This document shows, one piece after another, positions 36,810 to 48,900 of a stretch of 64,000 bases of DNA (positions are counted from its first letter, which is position 1; each line of letters starts with the position of its first letter). The position numbers and the translations under genes were made by a program. Source of the stretch: Malacoraja senta (taxonomy: Eukaryota); contig CM075987.1 of assembly GCA_038087875.1 (NCBI GenBank), positions 12,834,001 through 12,898,000 of the forward strand, in the 5' to 3' direction. The notes beneath the pieces were generated by a model that had not been told where the DNA came from, made no database searches, and worked only from the letters and a program-made list of their open reading frames with translations.

Positions 36810-38319
36810 CTGTTGAATAAAAAAAGGCACAACTCAAAATAATGAAGACAGTGATGCCACGAGGATTGTTGTTAATTAGGGGCTATTATCGCAATAACTA
36901 GTAGTTTTACTCGTTTACTGGAGTAAATGTATATGTGAGTATGTGCATATATACACACACTAACTTTTTTTCTCGTTTATTATATTATTTACAATGTACT
37001 CTGTTTACATATTCCGTTGTGCTGCTGAGTGTTATTTCATTGTTCTATCTGGGACATATGACAATAAAACACTCTTGACTCTTGGTTGTTGGACATGCAG
37101 AAGAATAAATCAGAAATAATGGGGGCATATGGAGAGGTAATGGGCATGGGATGAAGAGTAATGGCAGGTGAGTCTCTGGTGAAAGCTGGATAATATTTTG
37201 GGATGGAATTATGCAAAAAACAGTTGGTTTGGAAGTAAATGTGGAAGTAAATTATTTGTCAATGACCATTGACAAAAAGACTACGACAATTTACAAAAAT
37301 GGAATTGATAATTTGAGAAGACAAACATTTCTGTGCTAAGGATGTGTATAAAGCTGTCTGAGTGATTCAAACATGGACATGCAGGAATAATGATCATGAC
37401 TTTGAGAAACAACAACATTAGGAGCAACAACAAGGAACTTAAGGATTGTTTATGAGTGGGGGATTGCTTGTAAATTTGTAAAAATCATTCATTGCACTAT
37501 GGTCAGCGATGTGATGGAATAAGACAAATCGAGTGATAATGGGTCCCCTTCAAAAAAAAGCTCTGAAAGGGCAATATGTTTATAGGAATAAAACTAAGGA
37601 AATGTAAATTCAAAGCAAAAGAAAGTCTGAGAGGAACCTTTCCCCTGTGGGAAAGAGAATAAACTGTCAAAGAGGCTGAACAAATGCCAGATATCAAAGT
37701 GGAAGTGGAAACCAAAACCAAAGTGTTTACTGGACTAACATTCTTCCTTCAACCAATATCAACAAAACCAGCTTACTTGCTCAGTCGTGTAACTGGACAT
37801 CTCTGTGTTCTGGTGGAATATCTGCTACATTTGCCTAAGTAACTACAAATTAATTAATTATTTGGCCGATGCGGGTTAGGCAGAGGTTTAAAAGAACCTG
37901 AAGCAGCAGATTCTGATATAGGCAACCTCCGTGTTATGGAGATGTAGCATTGCTAGAAAACAGACCAGCTCACCATTTTCTGCAACATAAAGACAACATG
38001 TGTCACGAAACACGTTGAAAAAAACATATTTTGTGTTGAATTACAGTATTTACTTTTTTTAAATAGAGATTCCCTAAGAGCAACTTTTATTGCATATCAC
38101 AAATTTTTGATTAGTTATTTGTGAATTTTGGAAGGGTGAATGGTTGTAAAGTTCTGGGGGTCATCTGTCTAAGAAAAGTAATAGTTTGGATACATAAAGT
38201 ACAAAGTACAAATGGAACTGTGCTGCCCAATGAAGGTGGAATTTGGCAACATAAGTGATTTCTTTGGTGGTAAAAGGATGCACATGAGGAACATTGTTCA
38301 ATAATATGCAGTAACTCAC

Positions 38320-38355
38320 CGAGTTGATGGAATTCATCGGCAGTCTCACAGAACC
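38320..38355 (-). CDS. C8G: C8G exon 6
   Basis: GFCETADEFHQL (human GFCEAADQFHVL); cag/gtgagt; 36 nt. Confidence 0.92.
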
Positions 38356-40192
38356 CTGAAAAAGAGTACATAAAGTTAACATTACACCTCTCACACGGGT
38401 GGTGTCAGCTGCTTATCAGAATCCATTCACAAAGAATGTCACAACACCAACTGCTGGCAGGTCGAATATAGAGAATGGGATGCAGGGGGGTGGGATGGAA
38501 GGAAGAGCTGTAGAGGGAATGGCCAGGAGAACTGGGATAAAGGGGTGATGGAGAACAATGAGCAGGATTGAAGAGGAATATGAAGGACCAGTGAGATGGA
38601 GGGGGGAAATGAAAAATGATGGGATGATGAAGTGGTGAGGAAGGTTCTCAAATGTGTCCAGGATAATTTTCCAAAGCAGTATGTTCCCAGTCTAACAAGG
38701 AAGGGGGCATTAATGGATCTACGTCTGAGGAATGAGGTGGGTAAAGTGCCACGCATTTTGGCGAGAGAACATATAGGGAAACAGTGATCAGAACATCATA
38801 AGATTTAGGTTAACCTTAGAAAAGCAGAAGGAGAAAAACAAAATAAGCATCAGAAATTGGAGGAAGGCTACTTTTAAAAAGGACCAGAGTTGATCTGGCA
38901 GGTGAATAGCAACCAAGGTTGACAGGCCTGGCAGAGCTGCCTTTAAGGAAGTGATAGATTTCCATGAAAAGCAAAGGAAAAGAAACATCTCCAGAATGCT
39001 TTGGATGGTGAAATAGATACACAGGAAGGTAAAGCAAAAAAAGCTGTGTGTGACCTGTGTTGGGTTATTAACACCAATGAGGAGGCTGATTACAAAGGGA
39101 TCAGAGAGGTGAAAACTAAATAGGAGAAGCAAGGAGAGCAAATGAGGAAAGTCTGAAATGCTGTAAGAACATACAGGAGCAGCATCTGTGGAAAGAGAAC
39201 CCAGTCAACATTTCAAGTTGAACACCCTTCATGAGAACTAAGATTCTCCTGGCACCCAAAGTTTTTCTGCCATCCAAAAGATGCCAGTCAATGCTCCTCA
39301 CATGCCTTGGTCCAACCCTAAATAATTACCAAAGCAGATCAGAATCCAGTTGTGAGACAGCAGCTCAGCTATTTGTGCCATTGATCCACCCACCTTTCAT
39401 CACTAGGCACACCATCCAGCCCTTCCACACGTGTCCCCTCCTCCCATTTCCCAACTTTCTTGCAGCTCCCTGATTTATTCTTCAATTTCCACTAATTACT
39501 CTCCCTCTCGCTTCCCTTTTGATTTATTGGTTAATTGTTGTCGTGTGTACCGAGATACAGTGAAAAGCTTTCTTTGTGAGCTATTCAGTCAAACCATTCT
39601 ATACATGAATCATTTCTATACTATTTAATCAGCCATTCTATACATTTAATCAGCCATGAAGGGTCGAAGGGCCGAATGGCCTCCTCCTGCACCTATTTTC
39701 TATGTTTCTATGTTTCTATGAGTACAATCATGCCAGACACAAGTACAACAGGTAGTGCAAAGAGCAAAATACCAGAGTACAGAATACTGTGAAAGTGTTT
39801 TGTTGTTAAAGTTTCAGAGAGAGTACAGACTTTAAAAAACACAATGTCTGCATTGAGGTAGGTTGGAAAATTTGGACAACACCCTAGCTTGTGGGAGGAC
39901 CTATCCCAAGCAACTGTAGGTACAACACTTGTCCTTTCAGCTCGCCCCTTCTCACCATACTGGATCGAACACCTATTCCAGGTGAATCAATGCTCCAGTT
40001 TAACAGGCTGCATTCAGTGGTCTCTCTGCTGCAGAAATTGGTTATTCCTTAACTTCTCCAGTTCTGTTTATCTTACAAATGATGCTACCTGAACTGCTAG
40101 GTATCTCCAGGTTTCCTCATCGTTGCTTCTACAAGTGAACAAATATAGCTAGTTTCTTTAAAAGACTGTCCTGACATTGGGATAATTCTGAC

Positions 40193-40294
40193 CATAGTCA
40201 GGGAACTTGTAAATGAAAATATCCGGGATGTTGTTGTTGAGAACAAGTTGGCGAAACTTCCTCTGCACAGCCTCATTAATATTAGTGGTTCTCC
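40193..40294 (-). CDS. C8G: C8G exon 5
   Basis: GRTTNINEAVQRKFRQLVLNNNIPDIFIYKFPDY; cag/gtcaga; 102 nt. Confidence 0.9.
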
Positions 40295-40859
40295 CTGGAA
40301 AAAGAGAAATAAACTGTTATAGAAGTTGAGCCTTTCAGTGATTATCACACAATCTGTTGCTGTACAGTACTTCTCCTGCACTAACCAGTCCTGTAACTGC
40401 CTAAAGTGTGTTTGATGGGACAGCAGCATGTAAAGGGCACTTAATCACATACATGGGTAGGAAAGATTTAGAGGGATACGGGCCAAACTCTGGCAAATGG
40501 AACTAGCTTAGATGGAGCATCTTGGTGGGCATGGACAAAAGGTGGGTTGGACTAAAGGGCCTGTTTCCATGCTGTGTGATTCCATGACTGGGGTTACCAT
40601 AAGGAGGCTTTACTCTGTATATTAAGCTGTGTTGCACTTTCAAGACAGTGGGAGTTTTGGCCTCGCGTCACGGCCAGCTTATACCTGTCACTGGGAGTTC
40701 ACCATCTTGTATGTGTTGATGCTTCTCACCCCAACGAGAATACATTTTTTTTAATAATGAAGAGGAGTGAGAGGCACACAATCATGTGTATCCTAATTTA
40801 GGTTTAGTTTGGGCTTCAAATATTTCTGCTAATATAGGACCTGGGCTTGCTTTACTTAC

Positions 40860-40961
40860 CATAGAGTTTGAGAGTGATTTTCCGTCTTTGCTGAAAAAAG
40901 ACAATTGCATAATTGGTGTAGTCTGTGTCACTGATTACAATGTCAGTAGTAAGCCCCCGAT
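40860..40961 (-). CDS. C8G: C8G exon 4 (TDY motif)
   Basis: RGLTTDIVISDTDYTNYAIVFFQQRRKITLKLY; cag/gtaagt; 102 nt. Confidence 0.92.
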
Positions 40962-40986
40962 CTGCGGAGTGAAGCAAAGACACAAT

Positions 40987-41083
40987 CTGAAGAAGAGTCT
41001 CGACCCAAAACGTCACCCATTCCTTCTCTCCAGTGATGCTGCCAGTCCCGCTGAGTTACTCCAGCATTTTGTGTCTACCTTCA
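40987..41083 (+). mobile_element. Penelope-derived short element next to the C8G exon 4 acceptor
   Basis: Same family; TSD ACACAAT (40980-40986 / 41084-41090). Confidence 0.75.
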
Positions 41084-42730
41084 ACACAATTAGGGTGTTG
41101 ATTCCTGAAACAACTATGTGGGATAATAATCTTGAAACAGATTGCCAATTGTGGCTTTTTACTGAGCCACTCCTAGCCTCTCCTCCCTCGGAATGAATCA
41201 AGAATGCAGCATAGGCGACTATCCATACCCATTGATGCCTGCCCAGGTACTCCCAGTCTCCATTACCTTCCCCATTTCCTAGCAGTATTTCTCCATGAAG
41301 GAATTATTCGCTGGGCTCCTCCCAACCTTGAGCCTATCAATACCTTTCCTAAGGCCAGGTACTGCAGTGGATTCCAGATTGAAAATACAGAAATGAATGG
41401 TCATGGGCTGTCACGGCAGTTCATGCACACACCATTCTCCTATTTCAAGCCAGATTGAATCTAATTAAGGTTTAGTGTAAGAATTGGAGACATTTCAGTT
41501 CTGGATAATAACATGGCCTTTACACCCCCACCTTGACATCATGCAAATAATAAAACAAATGGAAGGAGTCAGCAATTTCAAGAGAGAGTCATGATCAATG
41601 GGAGTGGCAATTGTGAGGAGGGAACAAAGAATGGCATAATCCTACGGGCAAGAGAGAGTTATATTAAAGGGGCTTGATGGGAGGAAGGTTATTGTCAGGT
41701 TCTTGTACATTGGGGGAAGAAGTCAGCATTGTGCAAGTGTGGAGGACAGTAATCACCGACAGGGGAAAATTCGATCAAATCCTTAAGGGGAGAAGGAGAA
41801 TAGGAGAGGATCAATGTCAGAGGAAGGAGGGTCAGCCCTACAATGGAACAGTATAAAATTAGTGTAGGAAGGATCTGCAGATGCTGGTTTAAATCGAAGA
41901 TAGACACAAAATGCTGGAGTAACTCAGCGGGACAGGCAGCAATTCTGGAGAGAAGGAATGGGTGACAGGGGGAAAGCAGTATCTTTAGGGGGTGGAGAGA
42001 CAGCCATTGGAGCGAGGAGCATTGGGAGCAGTGGGAGAGAGTCAGCCATAATGGGAAGTGGCGAGCAGCCCCCTGGGGGGAGAGGCGGGGAGTTAATCCC
42101 TTGAGGGAACAGGGCCACCGTTAGAGGGGAGGGGGAGAGGCATGGATCATTCCGAAGGGAAGTAAGTCATCCATTGTAGAGGAGAGGAAGAGGGTTAGAG
42201 CTTTATGAAGCCAGTGAAGAATGGAGAGTAGATTAGTGTTATCAGGGAGAAAGAGGGTGTGGATTAAGGCCCATATTGAGATACGTCAGGCCCTGGATAG
42301 AGGGGGAGTCAATGACTTGAGTGATGGGGTGGGAAAGGGGGAGAGTGAATCTCAACAGGGAAAAGGCTGCGTCTCTACTGGGGTGGTCCGTGTCTCACAA
42401 GGCCTGTTTTTATGCAGCACAACTCTATGAAACTCCAACCTGTGGAAAGGGAAAGAAAGCAGCTCATTAGATGGGCTTGAAGTGGGAATAAAGAGGGAAG
42501 GAGAAGAGAGTCAACACTTCAACAGTGAGGGGGGAGAAACTCAGCCCTTCAGGCCCTGACGTATCTTGTGTTATGAAAGGAGGGAGTCAGCATTTTCGGG
42601 GGGGGGCGGGGGGCGGAGGGAGTCAGTCAGGAAGGAGCGGAAACAAAGCACTCTCAGTGGATGTGTGAGAGACAGTAGTGGGACCAGAATTGGAGGGAAT
42701 GGAAAGTTACAAAACAAAGATTTCACAAAC

Positions 42731-42801
42731 TTTTCCTTGAGAATCTCCCAGGTGTTGCAGCCTTCTTGTAGTCTTGTTTAATATCCCAACAGATCCCATC
42801 C
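42731..42801 (-). CDS. C8G: C8G exon 3
   Basis: DGICWDIKQDYKKAATPGRFSRK (human DGICWQVRQLY...GRF); cag/gtttgt; 71 nt. Confidence 0.9.
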
Positions 42802-44365
42802 CTGGGAGTGAGAGAAGAGAACACGCATTACATTTTGCTGCATGGCATGCTTAAAGCTGTGTTTTTTGTTAACCTCTGCAGTCAAAATCTTAGCCCAGCA
42901 AAGAAACTCCACTGAGCCTTCTTTATTTGACCCTGTGGTTCCCCCATTGAATAGACCTGGCTGCAGGAGGATCCTGTTCAGTTGGTCAACTGGGCACAGC
43001 CATGGCATATTAAATTAAATCTTGTTTAGTGCAAGTTGATGCATTTTGTAAGGACTATTAAGAGTAGGATAGTACACGATGAATGGTAGGGCCCTAGAGA
43101 GTACTGAGGAACGGAGGGTCCTCAGTAAGGCCAAGGATCCCTGAAGGTGGCAACAAAGTTAGATAAGTTAGATAAGGTGGCGATGAATGTATATGATTTT
43201 CATTAGCTGGGGCAGAGATTGTAAGAGCAGAGAGGTTATTGTGTATTTAAATAAATCATTGGTTAGACCAAAGCTGGAGTACTATATGCAATTCTGGTCA
43301 TCTTACTGTAGGATGGACATAATTGGAGATGGTACAGAGAAGATCCACCAAGGTTTTCCTGGGATGGAGCATTTCAGTAATGAGGAAAGACTGGATCGAC
43401 AGGGCTAGTTTCACTTGGGATGCAGTAGGTTGAGATGGAAAAAGATACGAGCTAAAAAAATGAAGGTATTATACGGTACATAGTAAGAAACCTTTCTCCA
43501 CAGCAGAGATGTCTATAATTGGAAGACATGGATTTAAGGTAAATGGCAGGAGGTTTAGAGGCAATTTGAGAAAGAATGTTTGCACTAACTGGGTAGCTGA
43601 TGGAAGCAGAGATTCTCACATTTAGTAGGTAACTGAATGAGCACTTAAAACTCCATGAGAGAAGGCTATGGAACATGTGCTGGTACATAGGATTAGTATA
43701 TTACTATTGTAAAGGATTAATGGTCAGCAGGCCTGTTTCTGTGCTGTATGAATCTATGATTCTCTGAAGGTACGAATACTAAATCTGTCTGAGTGACTGG
43801 GAGACCACGGCCTGCTGATCAGGTCTGGTGGAGACAGGGGTCCAACTTTGTCTAGTGGGAACAGGTAGTTTAGTTCAGAGATACAGCGTGAAAACAGGCC
43901 CTTTGGGCTATTTTACAAAGGCTAATTACTTAAAAAACTGCACGTGTTTGGAATGTGGGTTGAAATCAGTGCACCCGAAGAAAACCCTCGTGGTCATTGA
44001 GAGAATGTGCAAACTCCGTACAGACAGCACCTGTAGGCAGGATCGAACCCGGATTTCTGGTGCTGTGGGCAGCAATTCTAGCGCTCTGATTGGTCCAGAG
44101 GGAGCAGGGAGTCTGAGTTGTATTATGGGAACAGGGGATCCAGTTCCTGTCCAGAGGGAGGAGGGGTCGAACTATTGTCAGAGGGAGCAGGGGTTTAGTT
44201 CCTATCCAGAAAGAGCAGGGGGTCCTCTCAGTGAGAACATGAGTAATTGACCCTTGCTCTGTGATGCCAACACAGCTCCTTTCCAGCTCAATGAAAGCAA
44301 AGTGACCAACTCCCAATGAAAGGGAGATTGGGAAATTGGCAGAAAGAATGTTTGTTTGCACTCAC

Positions 44366-44502
44366 AGCTTGCGCAGTGTGTTGACACGCATGGCTTCAGC
44401 CTGATCGCTCACTTTGACAGTGACGGCCTCCAGCCTGTGGTTATTTGTTGACAAATAGGAACATTTCGATGCAATGGCAAATAGGCGCCACACACCTGCA
44501 AA
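44366..44502 (-). CDS. C8G: C8G exon 2 (lipocalin GxW motif and C8alpha-linking Cys)
   Basis: FAGVWRLFAIASKCSYLSTNNHRLEAVTVKVSDQAEAMRVNTLRKL; tag/gtgagt; 137 nt. Confidence 0.92.
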
Positions 44503-45277
44503 CTAAAGTAAAACATCACATCCTGCGGTCGCAATGGAGCAGCATTGAGGGTTAACCACAGAGCATGATACTCTTCACAAGTACTCCCAACGCATTGCAT
44601 TATCCCAATTACCTTAAATTGTGTTCAGTCTTAGCTTCTGCAGTCTCTTCGTGCAACTGAAATTTCTCTGTCAATGTTGTTGCACTAACTGCCTCCATTT
44701 ATGAAGCCAAGAATCCCAACTGCCGCTTTAATCATTGTCTCAACCTATCTTACCAACTTCAAAGATTTCAATACAAATTATCTTAGGTCTGTTTCAGAAT
44801 CCTTTGCAAAATTGTATAATTTAGTGTAAGCTGCCCCTTCCCATACAATCCACCAAAATACAACACTTCACACTTCTCTGCATAATCTGCTGCTTGTCCA
44901 CCCATTTCATCAGCCTCATAGTCGGAGTCGCACAGTACGGAAACAGGCCCTCCAGCTCAACTTGATCATGATGCCCCATTGAAGCTAGTCTCGTTTGCCC
45001 ACACTTGGCCCATATCCCTCTATAACTTTCCTATCCACGTATATGTCCAAATGACTTTCAAATGTTATTAGACCCACCTCAACTAGTTCCTCAAGCATCT
45101 TGTTCAATATCGTCTTCAACTTACTTACGGGCAGCATTATTGTATCAGTCATCTGTAAAGGGTTAAAAGCACGTTGCTGCTGAGGGAACTGAGATGGAGG
45201 TTCACTTCACCAGCAAGGCTGGATCTCCAATTGTACCACCATTAGGAAATAGTGTGGCTTAAAAATTGTGTTGTTAC

Positions 45278-45415
45278 CTGCTGAACGTTAAAGTTTTGCT
45301 GAGCCTGGATTGGGTCAATAGGATTCTGATTCTGTGTTCGCCGTCTCTCACCGCTGCCACCTGAAAGGAAAGTTAAACTTAAAGTGGTAAGGAAGATCAA
45401 TCTGAGAGGCCCCAT
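45278..45415 (-). CDS. C8G: C8G exon 1 (signal peptide and lipocalin N-terminus)
   Basis: Read by hand on the - strand: MGPLRLIFLTTLSLTFLSGGSGERRRTQNQNPIDPIQAQQNFNVQQ|gtaac; resembles human C8G PISTIQPKANFDAQQ; 138 nt; head-to-head with FBXW5 as in mammals. Confidence 0.9.
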
Positions 45416-45474
45416 GGTCTGGAGGCAGGCAATGTATCTGTTGAGTGAGCTCTGTGGAATTTCCCGTACATAGA

Positions 45475-45520
45475 GCAGTATTTACAAGTGACAAGGTCAT
45501 CTCTGGTTTATCATTAAAGA
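45475..45520 (-). promoter_or_regulatory. Putative liver-type C8G promoter elements
   Basis: FOXA-like TATTTAC (45479), AGGTCA half-site, and HNF1-like GTTTATCATTAAA (45506-45518), 60-105 nt upstream of the ATG. Confidence 0.35.
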
Positions 45521-47109
45521 AACTGCAGCCTACAAGTTATGCTTGGACGAGTCAATTCTTCCTCTCCAAGGAATATCCTAATGTGGTCACTCACCTCAAG
45601 CCCCACTACCCACCTTCTTCTCACCACAACCCCCAAGAATATCTACCTACCCTCTCACCTGTTATTCAACTCCAACTCCAATAGAAATGAATCCAGAACA
45701 ACAGAAAGTTGTCCTAAAAATGAAACTGGCACAACTGCATTAATGGTCGGCAGGGCCTGTTTCTGTGGTGTATGAATCTACGTTAGTATGAAAGAGCGAA
45801 TGCATTTTTTCATGGAAAGAATAACAGGTACAATTACTAATTACAGTTACTTGCAGAATTTACTAGGGGCATTGCTCCTTCCATTTCTGTATTTTGGAAA
45901 TTGATGGAATTGCAGATAGTGAAGAAGATTGTCAAATGATACAGCTGGATATGGATTAATTGGAAATTTGGGCAGAGAAACAGCAGATGGGAGTGTAATC
46001 CAGACAAGTATGAGTCCTTAATCCCTGAAAGTGGAAATGCAAGTGGATAGGGTGGTAAAGAAGGCATAAGGCATATTTGACTTCATCAGTTGGGCATTGA
46101 GTATAAAAGTTGAGAATTCGTGTTACTGCTGCATTAAACTATAGTTTGCCCATGTTTGGATATTGTGCGCAGTTCTGGTAGCCACACTACAGGAATTGGA
46201 GACACTGGAGATATTGCAGAAGAGGTTCACAAGGATGTTACTTGGATTTGAGAGTATTAGCTATAAGGTGAGGTTGGACAAACTTGGATTATTTTTATGG
46301 AGTGTTAGGGGCTGAGAGGTAACCTGATAGAAGTTTACACAATTACAAGAGGGATAGAGTAACTAATCAGTGATTTTTTCTCAGGATGGAAATACTAAAG
46401 GCCGTATGTTTAAGGTGTAAGGGGAAAAGTTGAATGGAGATTTGAATTGCTAAATTTAAATATTTGTACTTTCCACCATGCCATGTGTTTTAAAAAGTCT
46501 ATTATTTATTGTTCCTACCTTATTTTTCCAATTTCCATTGATATCTTCTCCTGTTGTTGAGACTTGCCTATTGATAACCTATTTTTTCTAGCCAAATGGA
46601 ACTTCGAGTTCTTGAGCGTGGATAGTTCTGTGTACCTCTCCTGGACTCAGCACATCAATGCACTCATAAAGGAAGCCCATCAATGCCTCCACTTCCTTAG
46701 GAGTTGAGCAGATTCGGTATATCGACAAATGCTCTCTTGAACTACAGGTCTACGGTAGAGAGCATATTGACTGGTTGCATGACGTCCTGTTTTGGCAACT
46801 CGAACGGCCAGAAATAAAGCTGAACACTGGTGATGAACTGTAGCCATCACGGATTCAGAGGGGAGGGGGAGTGAATGGATGGACTTGATCAAGTTACTTA
46901 AAATTGTTAATATGGCATACATAGGGCAGACAGTGAAAACCTTTCGCCAACCAAAGATGTATTTTATCAGAGAGCATAGGTTCAGGTTAAGGAGTGGAGG
47001 ATTTAAGATCACGTCCGGTTTTGGTCTGGGAGGTCAGTCTGATTAATGGGTTTTCAGGTTTACTAAAGGGCAGTTCATTTTACCAACTGAAGGTCTGCTC
47101 ACTCAGCAT

Positions 47110-47955
47110 TGGACCACTGGATAATAAAAACACATACGACAGGCTGTTGTTCATAGACTACAGCGCGCCATTTAACACCATCATCCCCTCCAAGCTGGTT
47201 ACCAAGCTCACGGTACAGGGTCTCTGCACATTCCTCTGCAAATGGAACCATGACTTTCTTCATCAACAGACCACTATCTGTACGGAATTGGTAGTAACAC
47301 TTCCTCCTCCTCCATAACCATCAGCATGGGAGCACCTCAAAGCTGCATGCTCACCCCCCTGGTCTACTCACTTTATACTCATGACTGTGTAGACGGACAC
47401 AGTTCAAACTCCATCTTCGCTGATGAAACCAATGTTGTTGGACGAAAAACAGATGACAATGAGGCAAATTATAGGAGGGAGATAGAACGACTGATTAAAT
47501 GGTACCAGAACTACAACCTTGCTCTCGACATCAGTAAGACCAAGCAACTGATTGTGGGCTTTGGAAGAGGAAGGATGAGGATCCATAAAGCCGTCTTCAT
47601 CAATGAGACGATGGTGGAGCGTCAAAAGCTTCAAATTCCTGGGTGTGCATTTCTCTGAAGATCTGTCCTGGACCCAGCACATTGATTCAATCATAAAGAA
47701 ACTCCATCAATGCTTCTACTTTCTTAGAAGACAACCTTAGCCACGCTCTCATTTCACTTCTGCCATCGGGAAGAAGGTTAATAGGGGGCCTATAAACGAT
47801 GAAGTCCAGGTTCAGGAGCAACTTCTTCCCTACAACCATCAGACTATTAAACGCTGCAACCTCCAAATAGGCTCCGAATTATATAGATTTGGGAGCATAT
47901 TTCTTTTGACTTTGCATTATTATTGTTCGTTTATTTGGTTATTTATCTGTTTATC

Positions 47956-48033
<78 letters not shown>

Positions 48034-48150
48034 CCGTTATGTTGTTTTATTATGGATTTTACAGACTACCATGTTTACTTATCTGTTGTGCTGCTGCAAG
48101 TAAGAATTTAATTGTTAGTTTCATATGACAATAAAACACTCTTGACTCGT
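47110..48150 (+). mobile_element. Degenerate Rex1/Babar-type LINE RT with 3' tail
   Basis: [42 protein letters not shown] and FADET motifs; AATAAAACACTCTTGACT tail. Confidence 0.8.
47958..48030. repeat. (TA)n microsatellite, interrupted
   Basis: Two TA runs separated by GTGTATTT. Confidence 0.95.
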
Positions 48151-48171
48151 TTTTATCAAACCTATACATAC

Positions 48172-48438
48172 CGAGGGTTCGGTTTACCCATTGATTCTCC
48201 GGCTTACCCACTGATTCTCGGGTTTACCGATTTATTCTCGGGTTTAGCTGCTGATTCTCCGGTTTACCGACTGATTCTCCGGTTTACCGACTGATTTTCC
48301 GATTTAATGATTGTTCCTCCGGTTTACCGACCGATTGACCAGTTTATCTCTTGATTAACCAGTGTACTGACTTATTGGCCGGTTTACCGACAGATTCCCC
48401 GGTTTGGCGACTAATTCTCCGGTTTACCGACTGATTCC
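48172..48438. repeat. ~20-bp tandem repeat abutting the FBXW5 CpG island
   Basis: About 13 copies of CCGGTTTACCGACTGATTCT with variation. Confidence 0.85.
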
Positions 48439-48900
48439 CGAGGCCGGGCCTGTTCCACCAGGAGCCGCCAGGCTGCCCGATCCTTTCCTCACAGTGGAGC
48501 CGTCCGCAGACACATTCAGCTTCAGCCCCGCTCAGCTTCAGCCCCGCGAGAGCGGCGACCGACGCGCGATCCGCGCCCCCGCCCCCGCCCCCGCCCCGGC
48601 CCGGCAACAGGCGGCGGGTAAGGAGAGCTCGAGGGCCGGCGGCGGCGGCGCCCGCTTGCGATAACAACCCCGGAGAGCCCGAGTTGCGGCTGGGCCGGGA
48701 TAGGGGAGGGCTAAGCCGGGCCTGCGGGCGGGGAGAGTAACAGGGCCTGGGAAGCGGCTGACAGGGCCCGGGGGTGGTGGATGACGGGGCCCGGCCCGGG
48801 GAGAGAGGGTGACGGAGCTCGGGAGGAGGTGGTTGGCGGGGCCCGGGGAGGAGGGTGATGGTGCCCGGGCGTGGTGGTGACGGCACATGGAGAGTGAGTG
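48430..48900 (+). promoter_or_regulatory. FBXW5: CpG island: FBXW5 promoter and non-coding first exon (donor at 48618)
   Basis: Very GC/CpG-rich; tandem GC boxes (CCGCCC repeats at about 48571-48600); GG|GTAAGG donor at 48618; next acceptor at 50521 lies just upstream of the ATG. Confidence 0.75.

Noticed and set aside
48172-48438. Regular short repeats superficially like a CRISPR array
   Set aside because: Head-to-tail tandem units with no unique spacers, no cas genes, and a eukaryotic context
48344-48886. 180-aa Pro/Gly/Arg-rich ORF on the - strand
   Set aside because: By-product of stop-poor CpG-island sequence and the adjacent tandem repeat; no recognisable domain
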